Sequence record: PQ015379.1
DNA length: 64,000 nucleotides
Reading direction: 5' to 3' (one strand)
Positions within the stretch are counted from its first letter, which is position 1, and each line of letters begins with the position of its first letter. Shown here piece by piece: positions 17,898-28,582 of the stretch. Both the position numbers and the translations under genes were made by a program. Under the pieces are notes generated by a model that worked only from the letters and a program-made list of their open reading frames with translations, searched no databases and had not been told where the DNA came from.

Positions 17898-20206
17898 ATT
17901 GGAATCTCGATGATGTTCAGGTTGATCGTGAGCAGCACGCCGAACTGTGCGGTGTTGGCGTTATTCACGCGCATTTTCGCCACGATATCAATCGTATCAG
18001 CCGTGTGGTTTTCAGGATCAATCTGAAACAGTTGGGTCATGGAAGCGTTGGCATATGCGGTGCCGCCGCTGCTGTTGTTGGAAATGACGCCCGCTTGCCC
18101 AGTACCGCGAATTTGCCGACCGAATTCAGGTTCTTTCGATTGCGCACTACGCGTACCGATCACGAACTCGATGTTTTCCGTACCTTCTGCCGATTGGTAG
18201 CCGGGGCCGAGCTTGGCGCTGAAGTCCGCAACCACCTGATAAATCGACGCCTGATTCGGGGACAAAGTAATGGTCTGTACGATTACCGCATCAGCCGAGT
18301 TTTTGAACGCTTTATCAACGCTCCATTTGCGGAAATTCCGCATGGATGGAAACGCATCATCGTTCAGGCTGATCATTGCGGTGCCGGTCGATGTGTCGAT
18401 ATTCAGACCATCGCCAACCGCGATTTTTGGCGCAGGAATCGGCAGTTCAACCGGGGCCGCACCGTGGCGCAGCAGCACCAGATTTTTGTTCGAAACGTAC
18501 CCGTCAATCACGATGCCATTCAGGCCCGTTTGTTCGGAACCCTGCGACTGGATATTTTCGAAAACCATTACCTCGACTTCAACGTCCGATTCGAGGCTGG
18601 CGGTAAACACCAACGCGTCGTCGATCAGCGTGTAGTTGAATTCGTGGATGTGTGCACCGGACTGGCTGACAAATACCTGTTCAATCGACTGCGGTTTGGT
18701 TGGCAGTTTCAGGAAGTAGGTTTCGCCCGAGGTGATGTAAGTTTTGGTAACAACGCGAGTCGAATAACCGGTTTCTTGCACGTACGAAAGCAGGCGGAAT
18801 TCGATATCCAAACCAGCTTCGACCGGGCCGATCATGCGCAGTTTATTTGTCGTGTTGTCGATGCTGTACGTGGTGATCGGTTGCAGGGTAGACGCCACGA
18901 AACAGAACACGTGCGCCGGGCTATCCACCGACTGCCCCAAATCGTATTCGACGGTCGAACCATCGCCCACGAAATCAAGCGTGGTGAAAACTGCGCGGGT
19001 GCCGGTGCTCGGCGATTTGGTAAATACCCGAAGATCGACAGGAACCTGCGACGGGATATTTTCCGCAAATTCCAGTTCAGATGCAGACAGCTGGAATGCC
19101 GAACGGTGCTGCGAAGTCAGACCAACAGCCGGGTAAATGTAGTTCGCGTTTTCTGCCACCAATTCGCCAGTGGAATAGCGAGCTACGTCCCCGGTGCCCA
19201 TGAAATTCAAGGCGTTAACGTCGAGTTTCGACGGGCCGGTGTAAAGCGTGGAAATGATGCGCGAAGCAGCTTTCGGCGGTTGCCAAACCAGCGTGCCATC
19301 TGCGCCCGGCGTCAAAACCCAATCTTGCGGAATTTCATCGGTGCCCGGAATTACCAGATTGCCGCCACCGCCACCGGTAGTGGTCGAAGTCGTAACCATT
19401 TTCCAGATTGCGATTGTGGCCTGTGCCAGATTCGGCAGGGCGCGTGCATCCGGATCGCGGAATTCTTTGGCCCCAGCATTCCAGCGATAACGGCGCGTTT
19501 GACCTTCACCAGAACCTGCAACAACGTGCACCAAAACCTGTTCATCAGCAGCCCATTCGAGCGAACTGGTGATTTTGAAAGTGGTGGAAGTTGCAGATGC
19601 TGGGGTGCCGTTGAACACGCGCAGGTGATCAGAAAAGCTCCACTGAAACGAACCTGCCCCGTATCGCTTGGCGAGTACAGGGCTGGAAGTACCATCGGGA
19701 TTGCGCTTGCCATTCAACACGGAAATAACGTTGAAATCCGAATTGGCTGGCGACGGCAGCATGTAAACGAAAGCAGTGGCGGGAATCGATTCGTGCTCGC
19801 CTACCGAAACGTTGATGGTCGTCAGGTCGGCACGCGAGGTCGCAAGCACGACCGACAGGCGCACAGGTTCATCAGGATTGAGCGTGTAAGGCTTGCTGAA
19901 AACAGCACGACCGAACGCCACATTCCCTTCGAAAAATACGACAGTTTCTTTAACGATTGTCGGCTGGGTCAGGCCGCGTGTGTCGATGGTCAGAACGAAA
20001 CGGCAAACACGGGCGCTCAAGGTTTCCACGTGGTGGATTTGGCCGCCGCAAATGTAATTGCCGACGATATCGGTGTGTTGGGTACTGGAAGCATAAAGAT
20101 CAGAATCACCCATTTTAAACGAAACGGGTTTGATCAGAATACCACCGGCGCTAGCGTTGTTGAGCGCCTGTTCCCCAGCGTCGAGTAATACCAGCTTGTC
20201 AGTCAT
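17894..20206 (-). CDS. Baseplate-proximal tail fibre/collar protein, 770 aa
   Basis: N-terminus LVLLDAGEQALNNASAGGILIKPVSFKMGD resembles P2 gpH/DUF3751-type fibre anchors; internal GDGSTVEYDL/GTGDVARY repeats. Confidence 0.6.
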   Translation of the reverse strand: MTDKLVLLDAGEQALNNASAGGILIKPVSFKMGDSDLYASSTQHTDIVGNYICGGQIHHVETLSARVCRFVLTIDTRGLTQPTIVKETVVFFEGNVAFGRAVFSKPYTLNPDEPVRLSVVLATSRADLTTINVSVGEHESIPATAFVYMLPSPANSDFNVISVLNGKRNPDGTSSPVLAKRYGAGSFQWSFSDHLRVFNGTPASATSTTFKITSSLEWAADEQVLVHVVAGSGEGQTRRYRWNAGAKEFRDPDARALPNLAQATIAIWKMVTTSTTTGGGGGNLVIPGTDEIPQDWVLTPGADGTLVWQPPKAASRIISTLYTGPSKLDVNALNFMGTGDVARYSTGELVAENANYIYPAVGLTSQHRSAFQLSASELEFAENIPSQVPVDLRVFTKSPSTGTRAVFTTLDFVGDGSTVEYDLGQSVDSPAHVFCFVASTLQPITTYSIDNTTNKLRMIGPVEAGLDIEFRLLSYVQETGYSTRVVTKTYITSGETYFLKLPTKPQSIEQVFVSQSGAHIHEFNYTLIDDALVFTASLESDVEVEVMVFENIQSQGSEQTGLNGIVIDGYVSNKNLVLLRHGAAPVELPIPAPKIAVGDGLNIDTSTGTAMISLNDDAFPSMRNFRKWSVDKAFKNSADAVIVQTITLSPNQASIYQVVADFSAKLGPGYQSAEGTENIEFVIGTRSAQSKEPEFGRQIRGTGQAGVISNNSSGGTAYANASMTQLFQIDPENHTADTIDIVAKMRVNNANTAQFGVLLTINLNIIEIPI

Positions 20207-20210
20207 TTAT

Positions 20211-20459
20211 TTATTCCATCGGCTGGGATACGCGGTCGGTATCGCAGTAGTAGACCTGCGTTTTATCGAACAGGAAACCGAAGCCCATTTTGCGACCGCA
20301 CTTAGGGCAAATCGAGGGATCGACGTTGGTCAATGCCGAGGCAGTCGCCATTTCCTGCTGGCCTTCAGTTTGAGCGCCAGCGGAAGCGGTCGCCAGTTCT
20401 GCGGCTTTTTGGGCTTTGCGCTGAATAACGATATCCAGCGGGTTGATGAATTCGGTCAT
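20211..20459 (-). CDS. Small zinc-ribbon-like protein
   Basis: CPKCG...YYCDTD; GGGGGA SD upstream. Confidence 0.6.
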   Translation of the reverse strand: MTEFINPLDIVIQRKAQKAAELATASAGAQTEGQQEMATASALTNVDPSICPKCGRKMGFGFLFDKTQVYYCDTDRVSQPME

Positions 20460-20504
20460 TTGGTCCCCCGTTTAATTGGAATGGGCATCCATTTAGAATG
20501 CCCC

Positions 20505-20520
20505 GATACTTATTAAATTA
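20505..20520 (-). promoter_or_regulatory. TAATTTAATAAGTATC motif, candidate late promoter, followed by a hairpin
   Basis: Motif then GGGCATTC-taaat-GGATGCCC stem, upstream of the ATG at 20459. Confidence 0.45.
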
Positions 20521-21969
20521 TTGAGCTTCAGTAGCGATTTGCCATTCGTACGAAATATTCAGCACGCAATCGCCCTGATACCAATCGCTGAACTGATCGC
20601 TCGTTTTCCAATAACGCCCGGTGGCCAGCAGCTGCGTTGAGTTTTCCGGTTGAATAACGGCGTTGCCTGCCGGGTCTTCAGCGGTTGTAAACGAACCGTT
20701 AACCGTTTTATCGAATGGCACACTGAAACTAGCGACTTGTGTTTCCGGGTTGTACAGATTGAACAAGAAACCAACCTGCATACGGGCACTCACATTGCGC
20801 GTTTCAAACGCAGGGTTTTTCCATTCGGTTTTGAGCGAAATACCTGTGCTCAAAACCCAATCATCATTGAATGTCCAGATTGGCGATTCGTCACCGCCTT
20901 TATCCAACGTCAATTCAGGATCAACGGGCTGCAACGCGAATTGATTGAGTGGGGTTGGAGCGTTCGAAGTAATGGACCCTGTGAACAGAGTTTGTTCCAT
21001 ATATTTCACTTCGATTGGAAGCGTTTCACCCGTGCGTTTCGCAGTCACGGTAATGAGCCACGCATCCTCAACCCCGATAACCGAAGCATCGCCGGAATAA
21101 ACGACGGTAAAACCATCACGATCCTGCGCTTTGATTTCGTAGGTGCCGGGATCGAAATACTCTTCAGGCCCAAACCAATCGCCGTTTTCATCCTTGCCCT
21201 GAATAACGAAGTGATATTCTTTCAAATCGTCGTTCAATGGGTTCGGCAATTTGATTTGGCCGCCCGTTTCAACCGCGCCATAAATCTGATAATTGCCGTT
21301 GGCCACGATATCTTTCGTTTGCCCATCGACCTGCACCGGATTGCTGTCTGCGCTAATGACCGCCAAACGCATGGTCGGGATATAATTCGGGTCACGCACT
21401 CGAATATCGATGCAGCGGAAATCCGAAAGCTGACCCATATCCGTTTTGATTGCGTAGGTCACGGAATCGCGCCCATAAATCCCGTAATATGGGCAGTACA
21501 GCAGCTGTTCGCCATCTGCACTAGGGCGACAAAAACCAATGGCGCCCTGCGTGATACAAACCGGTTTTGCGTGGGTTGCAACCTGCTGCCCTGCCCGGCG
21601 ATCAGTGCCGTATGCAGTGGACGATGTGTCATTCGACTGCAACAGGTTATTTGTGGGAATTACCAGCCATTTTTCGTTCATGTCGGGGAACTGGTCGTCT
21701 TCGACAAAATCCAGTTTCCCTTTCTTCGGTGAACCGAAACTGACGACGTTGCCATTTACCACATAACCATCGAGCACCCTGATTCCATCGTTGTAGATTT
21801 CGAGGGCGCTGGGATTGGTCACGGTGAATGGCATTGTCGCTTGGCTGACGTTTGAGCCTTGCGTGGAATAGGTTTTTGCAAACCGCTGGCGACCGAACAT
21901 ACGAATACGCAGTTCCATATATCTCGACAGCGGTTTAACGAACCGGAGGTTTGGAGTTTGCGCAATCAT
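20518..21969 (-). CDS. Virion structural protein, 483 aa
   Basis: Beta-rich; LLYCPYYGIYGRDSVTYAI resembles cadherin-like/Big_9 repeats; ATGA-coupled. Confidence 0.6.
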   Translation of the reverse strand: MIAQTPNLRFVKPLSRYMELRIRMFGRQRFAKTYSTQGSNVSQATMPFTVTNPSALEIYNDGIRVLDGYVVNGNVVSFGSPKKGKLDFVEDDQFPDMNEKWLVIPTNNLLQSNDTSSTAYGTDRRAGQQVATHAKPVCITQGAIGFCRPSADGEQLLYCPYYGIYGRDSVTYAIKTDMGQLSDFRCIDIRVRDPNYIPTMRLAVISADSNPVQVDGQTKDIVANGNYQIYGAVETGGQIKLPNPLNDDLKEYHFVIQGKDENGDWFGPEEYFDPGTYEIKAQDRDGFTVVYSGDASVIGVEDAWLITVTAKRTGETLPIEVKYMEQTLFTGSITSNAPTPLNQFALQPVDPELTLDKGGDESPIWTFNDDWVLSTGISLKTEWKNPAFETRNVSARMQVGFLFNLYNPETQVASFSVPFDKTVNGSFTTAEDPAGNAVIQPENSTQLLATGRYWKTSDQFSDWYQGDCVLNISYEWQIATEAQ

Positions 21970-24592
21970 CCGAAAGTAACCCTGTAGGATTTCTGCCCCA
22001 AATCATGGCCGACAGTGCGGTAAACGTACCAGCTAACTTCGACCCCGTTTTGCAGCTGTTTGTGCACGGCAGGAACATTGGAACCGTCAGGGCCTGCCCA
22101 GTCGTCAACCGGGTTGCCGTCTGCGTCGTAAAACTTCACGGCGCCGAATACAGTTGGCACCAAGAAATAACCATAACCCACGAAATCATCGCGGAACTGA
22201 TCGTCAGAAACCATGATGGCCTGCGAGAACAGCGTGGAATAATCCTCGGTTTCATCCTGTTTCGTGCAGTAGATCGGACCCGAGCCAAGAACACGCACGG
22301 TTTTGGTTCCCTGCACCACCGTATTTTCGTAGGTGAATTCGGCGGCAATGGTGAACGTTTGGTTGACTACCGCGTTTTGCACCAGCACCGTACCATCATC
22401 GAAAATGTGCAGATTTAAACCATCGGTCACGATTTGCCAATCTGGTGTAACGGTCACGCCCTGCCCTTCGACAATTCCAGTATCCGGCGTATACGCCTCG
22501 GCTGCGTAGCGTTCGCGTACCCCGATTTGGATTGTTTCCGGGCCAGTAATTCCAAGGCCGATATACGCGGCATCAACAGGCACCACAACAACCGCCATCG
22601 AATCCGTAACCGTGTAGCCGCCGCAACTCCACGTGGCGGTAATGGTGAATGTCATATCCTGATTGAGTTTGCAGGTAACGAAACCATTTTCATCGACCAC
22701 CACATTGGGGTTATCGACCGTCCAATCCGAGGAAACCAGCAATTCAGCCGGGCACTGTTTGAACAGAATCGCCTGCGAGAAACTGGCAATTTGCGTCGAA
22801 TAAATAACGGCATTACCAATGATGCGGCTGCTAACCGGAACGTCAGGGCCTTTCGGTGCGACGTAGCGCACAGTCACCGCGTATTCTGCGGTTTCTTGGA
22901 AATACGTTGCACGCACCATCACCTGCATATCGAAATCTACCGGGCGCCCGGTGACAACCCCGTAACCGCCGATATCTGCTGCAATGAATTCGGCGTTCGA
23001 ATCGAGCGTGTAGATTTCCCACTGCGGGTGCACCGTGGCAAACGAACCGTCTTCGTACATGGCGGTCGCGGTCAAGACAATGCGATCCAACGAATCGACG
23101 GTATCCGGGCCGGTGATCATCAGGCCGGTAATGCTATTGGTTGCCGAAACGCAAACAATGGTTTTTGTCTGCTGATAAACCCGCGAACCTTCGATGTAGG
23201 AAATTTGCAGGTTGATCAACGATTCTTCTGGTGTGTCGATCAGCAATTCGCCATCAATCAAGGTGGCCCATTCCACTTCCGGATTCAGGGTCCAGAGCGG
23301 GGTAATCGGCATGATCCGCCCGTCCGTGTATTGCGCGAATGCCTGATAGGTATTCACGTTCCCTTCACGCACGGAATCCGGGCCGATAATCAGCAGCTGT
23401 TGCAGCGTGATGGCCGGGCGTTGCACAGTTACCGGGAACACTTGCGTCATTCCCTGATATTGCGCACGAATTTCCAGATTCACCTGATCTTTTACCATGC
23501 CTGCGCTAAACGTGCCGGTTGGCGAGATTTCGAATTGCGTGGTGAACCATTCCGGCGTCACGTAGGTGGACGTGCCATCGCTCATGATCGCAAGGCAGGA
23601 ATACGTGGCCTTTTCCAATTCATCGACCGAGCTAGGGCCGATAATGGTCAGGCTTTCCAATTGCACGAATTCCGGATAAACAATTGCCTGATGCTGGGCG
23701 GTCATTACCACTTGGCGGAAACCGAATTGCGCCGTGATTTCAACCTGCGTTTCACCGTTAACCAAAGTGGTGGACGCCAACCCATTATCGATCACAACAG
23801 CCGGGGAACTCGAATCCCAGTACGACAGCACATCGGCGCTCGATCCATCCGAGAAAAACGCAGTCGCATAAAGCTGATGCTCCGTGCCTTCTTTCAGTCG
23901 GGTTTCGCCGCTGATCGAAAGGCCGGTCAGGTAAACGTTCGGATCAACATATTTCAAACCAACCTTTTTCGACGCCGCGTAAGCAATGCCGTTAATGGTC
24001 AATTTGCAGCTGATCGTAACCGTTTGATCTTCGGTCATATTGCGCGTGTGCAGTGTGTCACCCACGAAATACGCGTAGGGACTCAAAACCTTCAGGTCAC
24101 ATGGCACAACGTCGTTGCCTTCCGCGTGGTAAACCACAACCGAATAATCGCCGCTACCGCTGGAAAGCACTTCGTCAGGGCCGACGATTTGCACCATGCG
24201 GATATCCTGCATCCCGAGACGCACCGTCACGTTTTTGGTAACGGTTTGCCCACGGATAACTGCGGTAATTGTCACCAGCTGATCTTGCTGGAATCCGGAA
24301 AAGGTTGCAAAGCCCTGTTGAATCGAAACAAGGCCGGGTGCCGTCGAGGTCCATTCGTTGCTTTCGAATTCCTGCCCTTTGGCCAGCAGTCGGTAAGTGG
24401 CGGATTCACCGCTGTTCACTTCGTTAGGACCATCGATGGAAAACACGGCGTTTTCCAACGAATAATCCGCATCACAAATCAGGCGGCGCACCGGCTGTTT
24501 GTAGACCACACCTTGGATCGCGAAATCTTCTTGGTTTTCGATTTCGATGCTGAAAAAGAACTGATCGATCACCAGATTAATCGGGGCCAAGA
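21966..24592 (-). CDS. Array of about eight Ig-like (Big_2-type) domains; no convincing own start, probably the frameshifted continuation of 24569..25114
   Basis: Repeats such as FSIDGPNEV, VQIVGPDEV, LTIIGPSSV, LLIIGPDSV, LMITGPDTV, LGITGPETI. The frame reads LAPINLVIDQFFF from about 24590, where the upstream frame turns to junk. Confidence 0.75.
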
Positions 24593-25114
24593 GAAAAACG
24601 CCGAGAGGAAACGATCCTTCAGCGTTGTTCCGGTAGGCAGCACGATATTTTGGTCTTCGGGAACTTTCTGCATTTCGAGGTTGATATGCGTCACCTTGTA
24701 CCACGTACCGCCATCGATGCGCAGGGCACCCAGCGGCTCTTCGTAAAACGAAACGTAGTCTTCGGTATAAAGCTCGTAAGAAACAACGCGGCGACCCAAA
24801 ATGTAGGAAATCAAACGGGTCGCGGAATCGAGGCCGGTCAGCTGGTGAATCAGCGGAATCATGTACATGGAATTGTACAGACGTTCCGGGTTTACGATCA
24901 TGTCGGGCGGCAGGGTAATGCCGAGGTCATTCAACGCCTGTTTCATGAACACTTGCGGCGTGCTCGCTTTCAGGTCGCGAATTTCAATGAGTTCCGACAA
25001 AGGTTGACGAACTTGATCAGTCAGGAATTCCTGAACCGCTTCGAGGAATGCAGCCCAAAGCGGTTCTGTACGAATGAATTCAACGTCGAGTTCGCTGAAG
25101 TCAATTTTATTCAT
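24569..25114 (-). CDS. Baseplate wedge subunit (P2 gpI-like) N-terminal part
   Basis: Follows the gp6/J-like gene; FMKQALNDLGITLP...LISYILG pattern typical of gpI-like wedge proteins; ends in a frameshift. Confidence 0.6.
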   Translation of the reverse strand: MNKIDFSELDVEFIRTEPLWAAFLEAVQEFLTDQVRQPLSELIEIRDLKASTPQVFMKQALNDLGITLPPDMIVNPERLYNSMYMIPLIHQLTGLDSATRLISYILGRRVVSYELYTEDYVSFYEEPLGALRIDGGTWYKVTHINLEMQKVPEDQNIVLPTGTTLKDRFLSAFFSWPRLIW

Positions 25115-26564
25115 CCACACGCTCCGAAATGGAAGGGATAATCAGCGGCTTTTCTGCCAGCACACAATACGAAGTTGGATCGTCCAGAATGATCGAACGT
25201 TCAATAGGGCTAAGCACTTCGATATAGTCCACGCCTTCAATACGACAGGCCTTTTCGATATCGGATTTCGAGACGCGGCGTTTGAGAATGCCTTGTCGCT
25301 TTTGGAAAAGCTTGTAAATCCGTTCCTCAATTGTTTGCATCAGCTGGTCAACGTTGGGCGCGGCCCACGCGTAGAACGCAACTTGCACCTGAACTTTCAC
25401 GAAAACTTGCGTTGGGTTCCATGCCTGAATTTCGTAGGCTTGGTGCAGTTTCGGTTGCAGCCATTTCACGAAGGTTTGCCACGACGCCGATTTAGGATTC
25501 GGGTTGGCCCCGCCCCACGTGTCGGTATTGCGCGGCAGCACGCAGATTCGAATGGTGTTCATCCACGTTTTATCTTCGGGTGCGATATCACGCTGGCCCA
25601 AAACTACGCAATCCGCTACCCCCGGATATTTCCGGATACCTGCCTCGATATCTTCTTTGCTGATCCACTTTTCTTTCGCCCGGTAAAGCACAGGGGCGTA
25701 AGTGCGATAATACGCGGCGTCTTTCGGATCAGCACCGCCCGCCGTGGTTTCCAGCGTTTCGCCCTGAATCATCGGCTGCGCGATGTAGTTACAGCGAATG
25801 CCGGGCAGCAGCGCATTGTGTTTGGTGCCTTCGTTGGTCACATAGCGCACGGTCAGCGTGGCTTTTTTCGGCAAACGCGCCCCGTATTCCCCGGTGCCAA
25901 ACACCAACGACACATCACCCGATGCAGTCGTGCTATGGAAATAAACGTAATCGTCTGCCGTATATTCGTACAGACCTTTTTCGGTTTCTTCCCAGTTGCG
26001 CGTGTTGCCCGTGTTTTTGTCAGTGGTGTAAACGTAGAGTTCACGGGCCACATTGAAACCGGGTTCCTCAAGCAAGAATTCGTACAGCGTCAATTCGTCG
26101 ATTGCGTCGAGGTCGAACGTTTTGGTTTTGATCGTCCCCTGCGTCAAAATCACGTCCGTGGTTTGCCCGGAAACCACGTAGTATTGCGACGGGTTGTAGA
26201 ACGGAATGTTGTTCACCACGTGCTGCGAAAATGGCGCAACAAACATCGTAGTGTTGTAGCCGTTACGCATACGGCAGGTGGCCGACGCACCGTTGCGACG
26301 TTCCATGAAAACACCATGGCCACGGGTCAGCGCGTAAATCGACGTGTCACGGTTTGCGGTTTGGAAAAACGCGTTACGCGCAGCGGTCAGAATTGCGTGC
26401 TGGTGGCCGACTGCCGAACCGGCGAAAATACGTTGAATGAATGCACCAACGTTCGTGGGATTCATGTCGTCCCATACGCCGGTTTCTTTCAGCTTATCCG
26501 CGAAATAAAGTGCGGCTTCGTCGAGGTCCACAACCGCCGTGGGAAATTGATCACGCTCACTCAT
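25107..26564 (-). CDS. Baseplate wedge subunit (T4 gp6 / baseplate J-like)
   Basis: AFFQTANRDTSIYALT, TVRYVTNEG, GGADPKDAAYYRTYAP, WISKEDIE motifs; directly follows gp25. Confidence 0.85.
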   Translation of the reverse strand: MSERDQFPTAVVDLDEAALYFADKLKETGVWDDMNPTNVGAFIQRIFAGSAVGHQHAILTAARNAFFQTANRDTSIYALTRGHGVFMERRNGASATCRMRNGYNTTMFVAPFSQHVVNNIPFYNPSQYYVVSGQTTDVILTQGTIKTKTFDLDAIDELTLYEFLLEEPGFNVARELYVYTTDKNTGNTRNWEETEKGLYEYTADDYVYFHSTTASGDVSLVFGTGEYGARLPKKATLTVRYVTNEGTKHNALLPGIRCNYIAQPMIQGETLETTAGGADPKDAAYYRTYAPVLYRAKEKWISKEDIEAGIRKYPGVADCVVLGQRDIAPEDKTWMNTIRICVLPRNTDTWGGANPNPKSASWQTFVKWLQPKLHQAYEIQAWNPTQVFVKVQVQVAFYAWAAPNVDQLMQTIEERIYKLFQKRQGILKRRVSKSDIEKACRIEGVDYIEVLSPIERSIILDDPTSYCVLAEKPLIIPSISERVDE

Positions 26565-26947
26565 AGTGTCCGACCCAAGTTGAAGTTAAATACGATTGCT
26601 TTTGCGTTCAGGTCCGGCGCATCGTAGCGAATGGACACGTAGAACAGGGAGTCGTCAGGCATCGGCGTAACCACACAGCCTGTAACGATCACCCGCGTTT
26701 CAAGGTTGCGCGGCAGAACGTTAATGATTTCTTCTTTGATTTTGTCTGCCGTAACATCGTCCGTCGGATCGAAAAGGAATTCCGGAATCAGGCAGCCGAT
26801 AGTCGGGTTAAACCATGCGGAACGAATCGGTGTTGCCAAAATCATCAGGATGTTTTGGTTGACCGAATCAATGTCGGTGACAATTGCGCTTTGCGTTTGT
26901 TCAGCGTAAAGGCTCACGTCGGAATAGCGGTAAGTTTTTTCTGCCAT
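26561..26947 (-). CDS. Baseplate protein gp25-like (GPW_gp25)
   Basis: SVNQNILMILATPIRSAWFNPTIGCLIPEFLFDP...LETRV is the gp25 signature. Confidence 0.9.
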   Translation of the reverse strand: MAEKTYRYSDVSLYAEQTQSAIVTDIDSVNQNILMILATPIRSAWFNPTIGCLIPEFLFDPTDDVTADKIKEEIINVLPRNLETRVIVTGCVVTPMPDDSLFYVSIRYDAPDLNAKAIVFNFNLGRTL

Positions 26948-26950
26948 AAA

Positions 26951-27247
26951 TCACCCGGAAAATACGTTGGGGCTGCCCATACCGGCAACATCGCCACAAT
27001 CGATGGCACCGCCCAGCGTATGCACCAATCGGCCATTAGTGAACGTTTTCACGGCGCCGGTTAATGCTGTACCTTGGTGGCAACCGAGGCCGGGGCAGCA
27101 GTGGGTAACGTACGCATCGCCTACCCGAACTTCAGCCAGACCGTTGCAAAACACGTTGATTGATGCAACAGCAGGCAACGTGGGCGGCCAGCACGGTTTG
27201 TGGCCTGTGGATTTATCGACCCCTAGTCGAACGTTAGGCATGCCCAT
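26951..27247 (-). CDS. PAAR-motif spike tip protein
   Basis: RLGVDKSTGH, NVFCNGLAEVRVGD, FTNGRLVHTLGGAIDCG, GSPNVF. Confidence 0.9.
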   Translation of the reverse strand: MGMPNVRLGVDKSTGHKPCWPPTLPAVASINVFCNGLAEVRVGDAYVTHCCPGLGCHQGTALTGAVKTFTNGRLVHTLGGAIDCGDVAGMGSPNVFSG

Positions 27248-27261
27248 GTGGTTCCCCCGGT

Positions 27262-27300
27262 GTGAGCAATACTGTAAATAGGATATATCAGTAAATTACT
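27262..27300. promoter_or_regulatory. AT-rich divergent promoter region between the structural (minus) and thyA (plus) operons
   Basis: Minus strand has TAATTTACTG and TATTTACAGTAT; plus strand has ACTGTAAATA, a 10-mer also found on the minus strand near 53432. Confidence 0.55.
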
Positions 27301-27329
27301 CACAACAGTAGATAAAGGGGTCGTTTTAA

Positions 27330-28580
27330 ATGAATGATTATTTCCGTACTGGCGGTGAAGCACCGGCTGCCGGTCCTGATGAAGTGCCGTTTTGGGACAA
27401 CCAGTTCGATCATCAGTACAACTACTGGCTTCGTCGGATCATGGACGAAGGCGAGCGCCGCGACGACCGCACTAAAACCGGCACCATTTCGATGTTCGGT
27501 GACGTGAACATGAAATTCGATTTGCGTCGCAATTTCCCGGCAATCACCGGCAAACGCCTCGCATTCAAAACGATGAAAATCGAAACCATCGATTGGATGC
27601 TCAAAGGCAAGACCGACCTGAAAACCCTGAAAGAACTTGGGGTCGGTATTTGGGATCTGAACGTCAAGCCCGGCACCGAGGTGTACGAAGGCCCCGAATT
27701 GACCCTTGAACAGCGCGTGGCGTTGCTCACTGATCAGCAGAAAAAGACGTTCGGGGAATTCCAAGAAAACTTCCGCAAAGAAGCTGAAAAATGGTCGAGC
27801 ACTTCGGAACAAGGGATTCTCAATTCGCTGCACTTGCGGCTGAATAACTGGGGCGTTCCGGATCGTGCGTTGAGCGACGGTTATTTGGGGCCGATCTACG
27901 GCAAACAATGGCGTGCACATGACGACGTGCGGGTCATTCCGGCATCGACCCTGTACAACCCGGACAAGGCGCGGGATTTGTTCGCCCGTGGCTTCGAGCA
28001 CACCGGTTTCGAAAACCAAACCGAAATCGTGATTCGCCGTCAAATCGACCAGATTGCCCTGATCGAAACAGCACTGAAAAACGAAGTGCTTTTCCACCAA
28101 GGCAAAATCGAGAAACATTCGGCAGGTCGCCGCATCATCTTGACCGGCTGGAACGTTGCGCAGCTGGACGAAATGCAATTGCCGCCGTGCCACACATTGG
28201 CGCAGTTCTACGTCAGTTCCAACACCGACGAACACGGCCAACATTTCCTAGACTGTAAACTCTTCCTGCGGTCGAACGATATTTTCCTCGGAATGCCGTT
28301 CAACGTCGCGCAGTATGCAATGATCACCGAAATGCTGGCGCACACCCACGGGCTGCGTGCTCGCTATTTCCACGTGACCGAAGGTGACGCGCACATTTAC
28401 GCGAACCACGTGGATCAGGTACGCAAACAACTTGCGCGTCCGATTATCTACAAGGCGCCTACGCTGAAAATCGACCGCCGTATCCGTTCGACTTCGGTAC
28501 TGGATATTCAGACCAAAGACGTGGAACTGATCGGCTACGAATCTTACGATTCTATCAAAGCCCCAATCGCAGGTAACTGA
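27330..28580 (+). CDS. thyA: Thymidylate synthase with large insertions
   Basis: DDRTKTGT, LGPIYGKQWR, GRRIIL, LPPCH, FLRSNDIFLGMPFNVAQY, GDAHIYANH. Confidence 0.97.
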   Translation: MNDYFRTGGEAPAAGPDEVPFWDNQFDHQYNYWLRRIMDEGERRDDRTKTGTISMFGDVNMKFDLRRNFPAITGKRLAFKTMKIETIDWMLKGKTDLKTLKELGVGIWDLNVKPGTEVYEGPELTLEQRVALLTDQQKKTFGEFQENFRKEAEKWSSTSEQGILNSLHLRLNNWGVPDRALSDGYLGPIYGKQWRAHDDVRVIPASTLYNPDKARDLFARGFEHTGFENQTEIVIRRQIDQIALIETALKNEVLFHQGKIEKHSAGRRIILTGWNVAQLDEMQLPPCHTLAQFYVSSNTDEHGQHFLDCKLFLRSNDIFLGMPFNVAQYAMITEMLAHTHGLRARYFHVTEGDAHIYANHVDQVRKQLARPIIYKAPTLKIDRRIRSTSVLDIQTKDVELIGYESYDSIKAPIAGN

Positions 28581-28582
28581 AA

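Noticed and set aside
208-24746. Very long plus-strand ORFs (e.g. 2855..4882, 14130..17129, 17834..20188, 22434..24746)
   Set aside because: They are antisense shadows of real minus-strand genes caused by codon bias; their translations are low-information and have no motifs or SD sequences.
27330-28580. ThyA homologue as a dCMP hydroxymethylase or other base-modification enzyme
   Set aside because: RSND..LG.PFN keeps the dUMP-specific Asn, a DHFR is in the same operon, and no modification genes are visible in the window.
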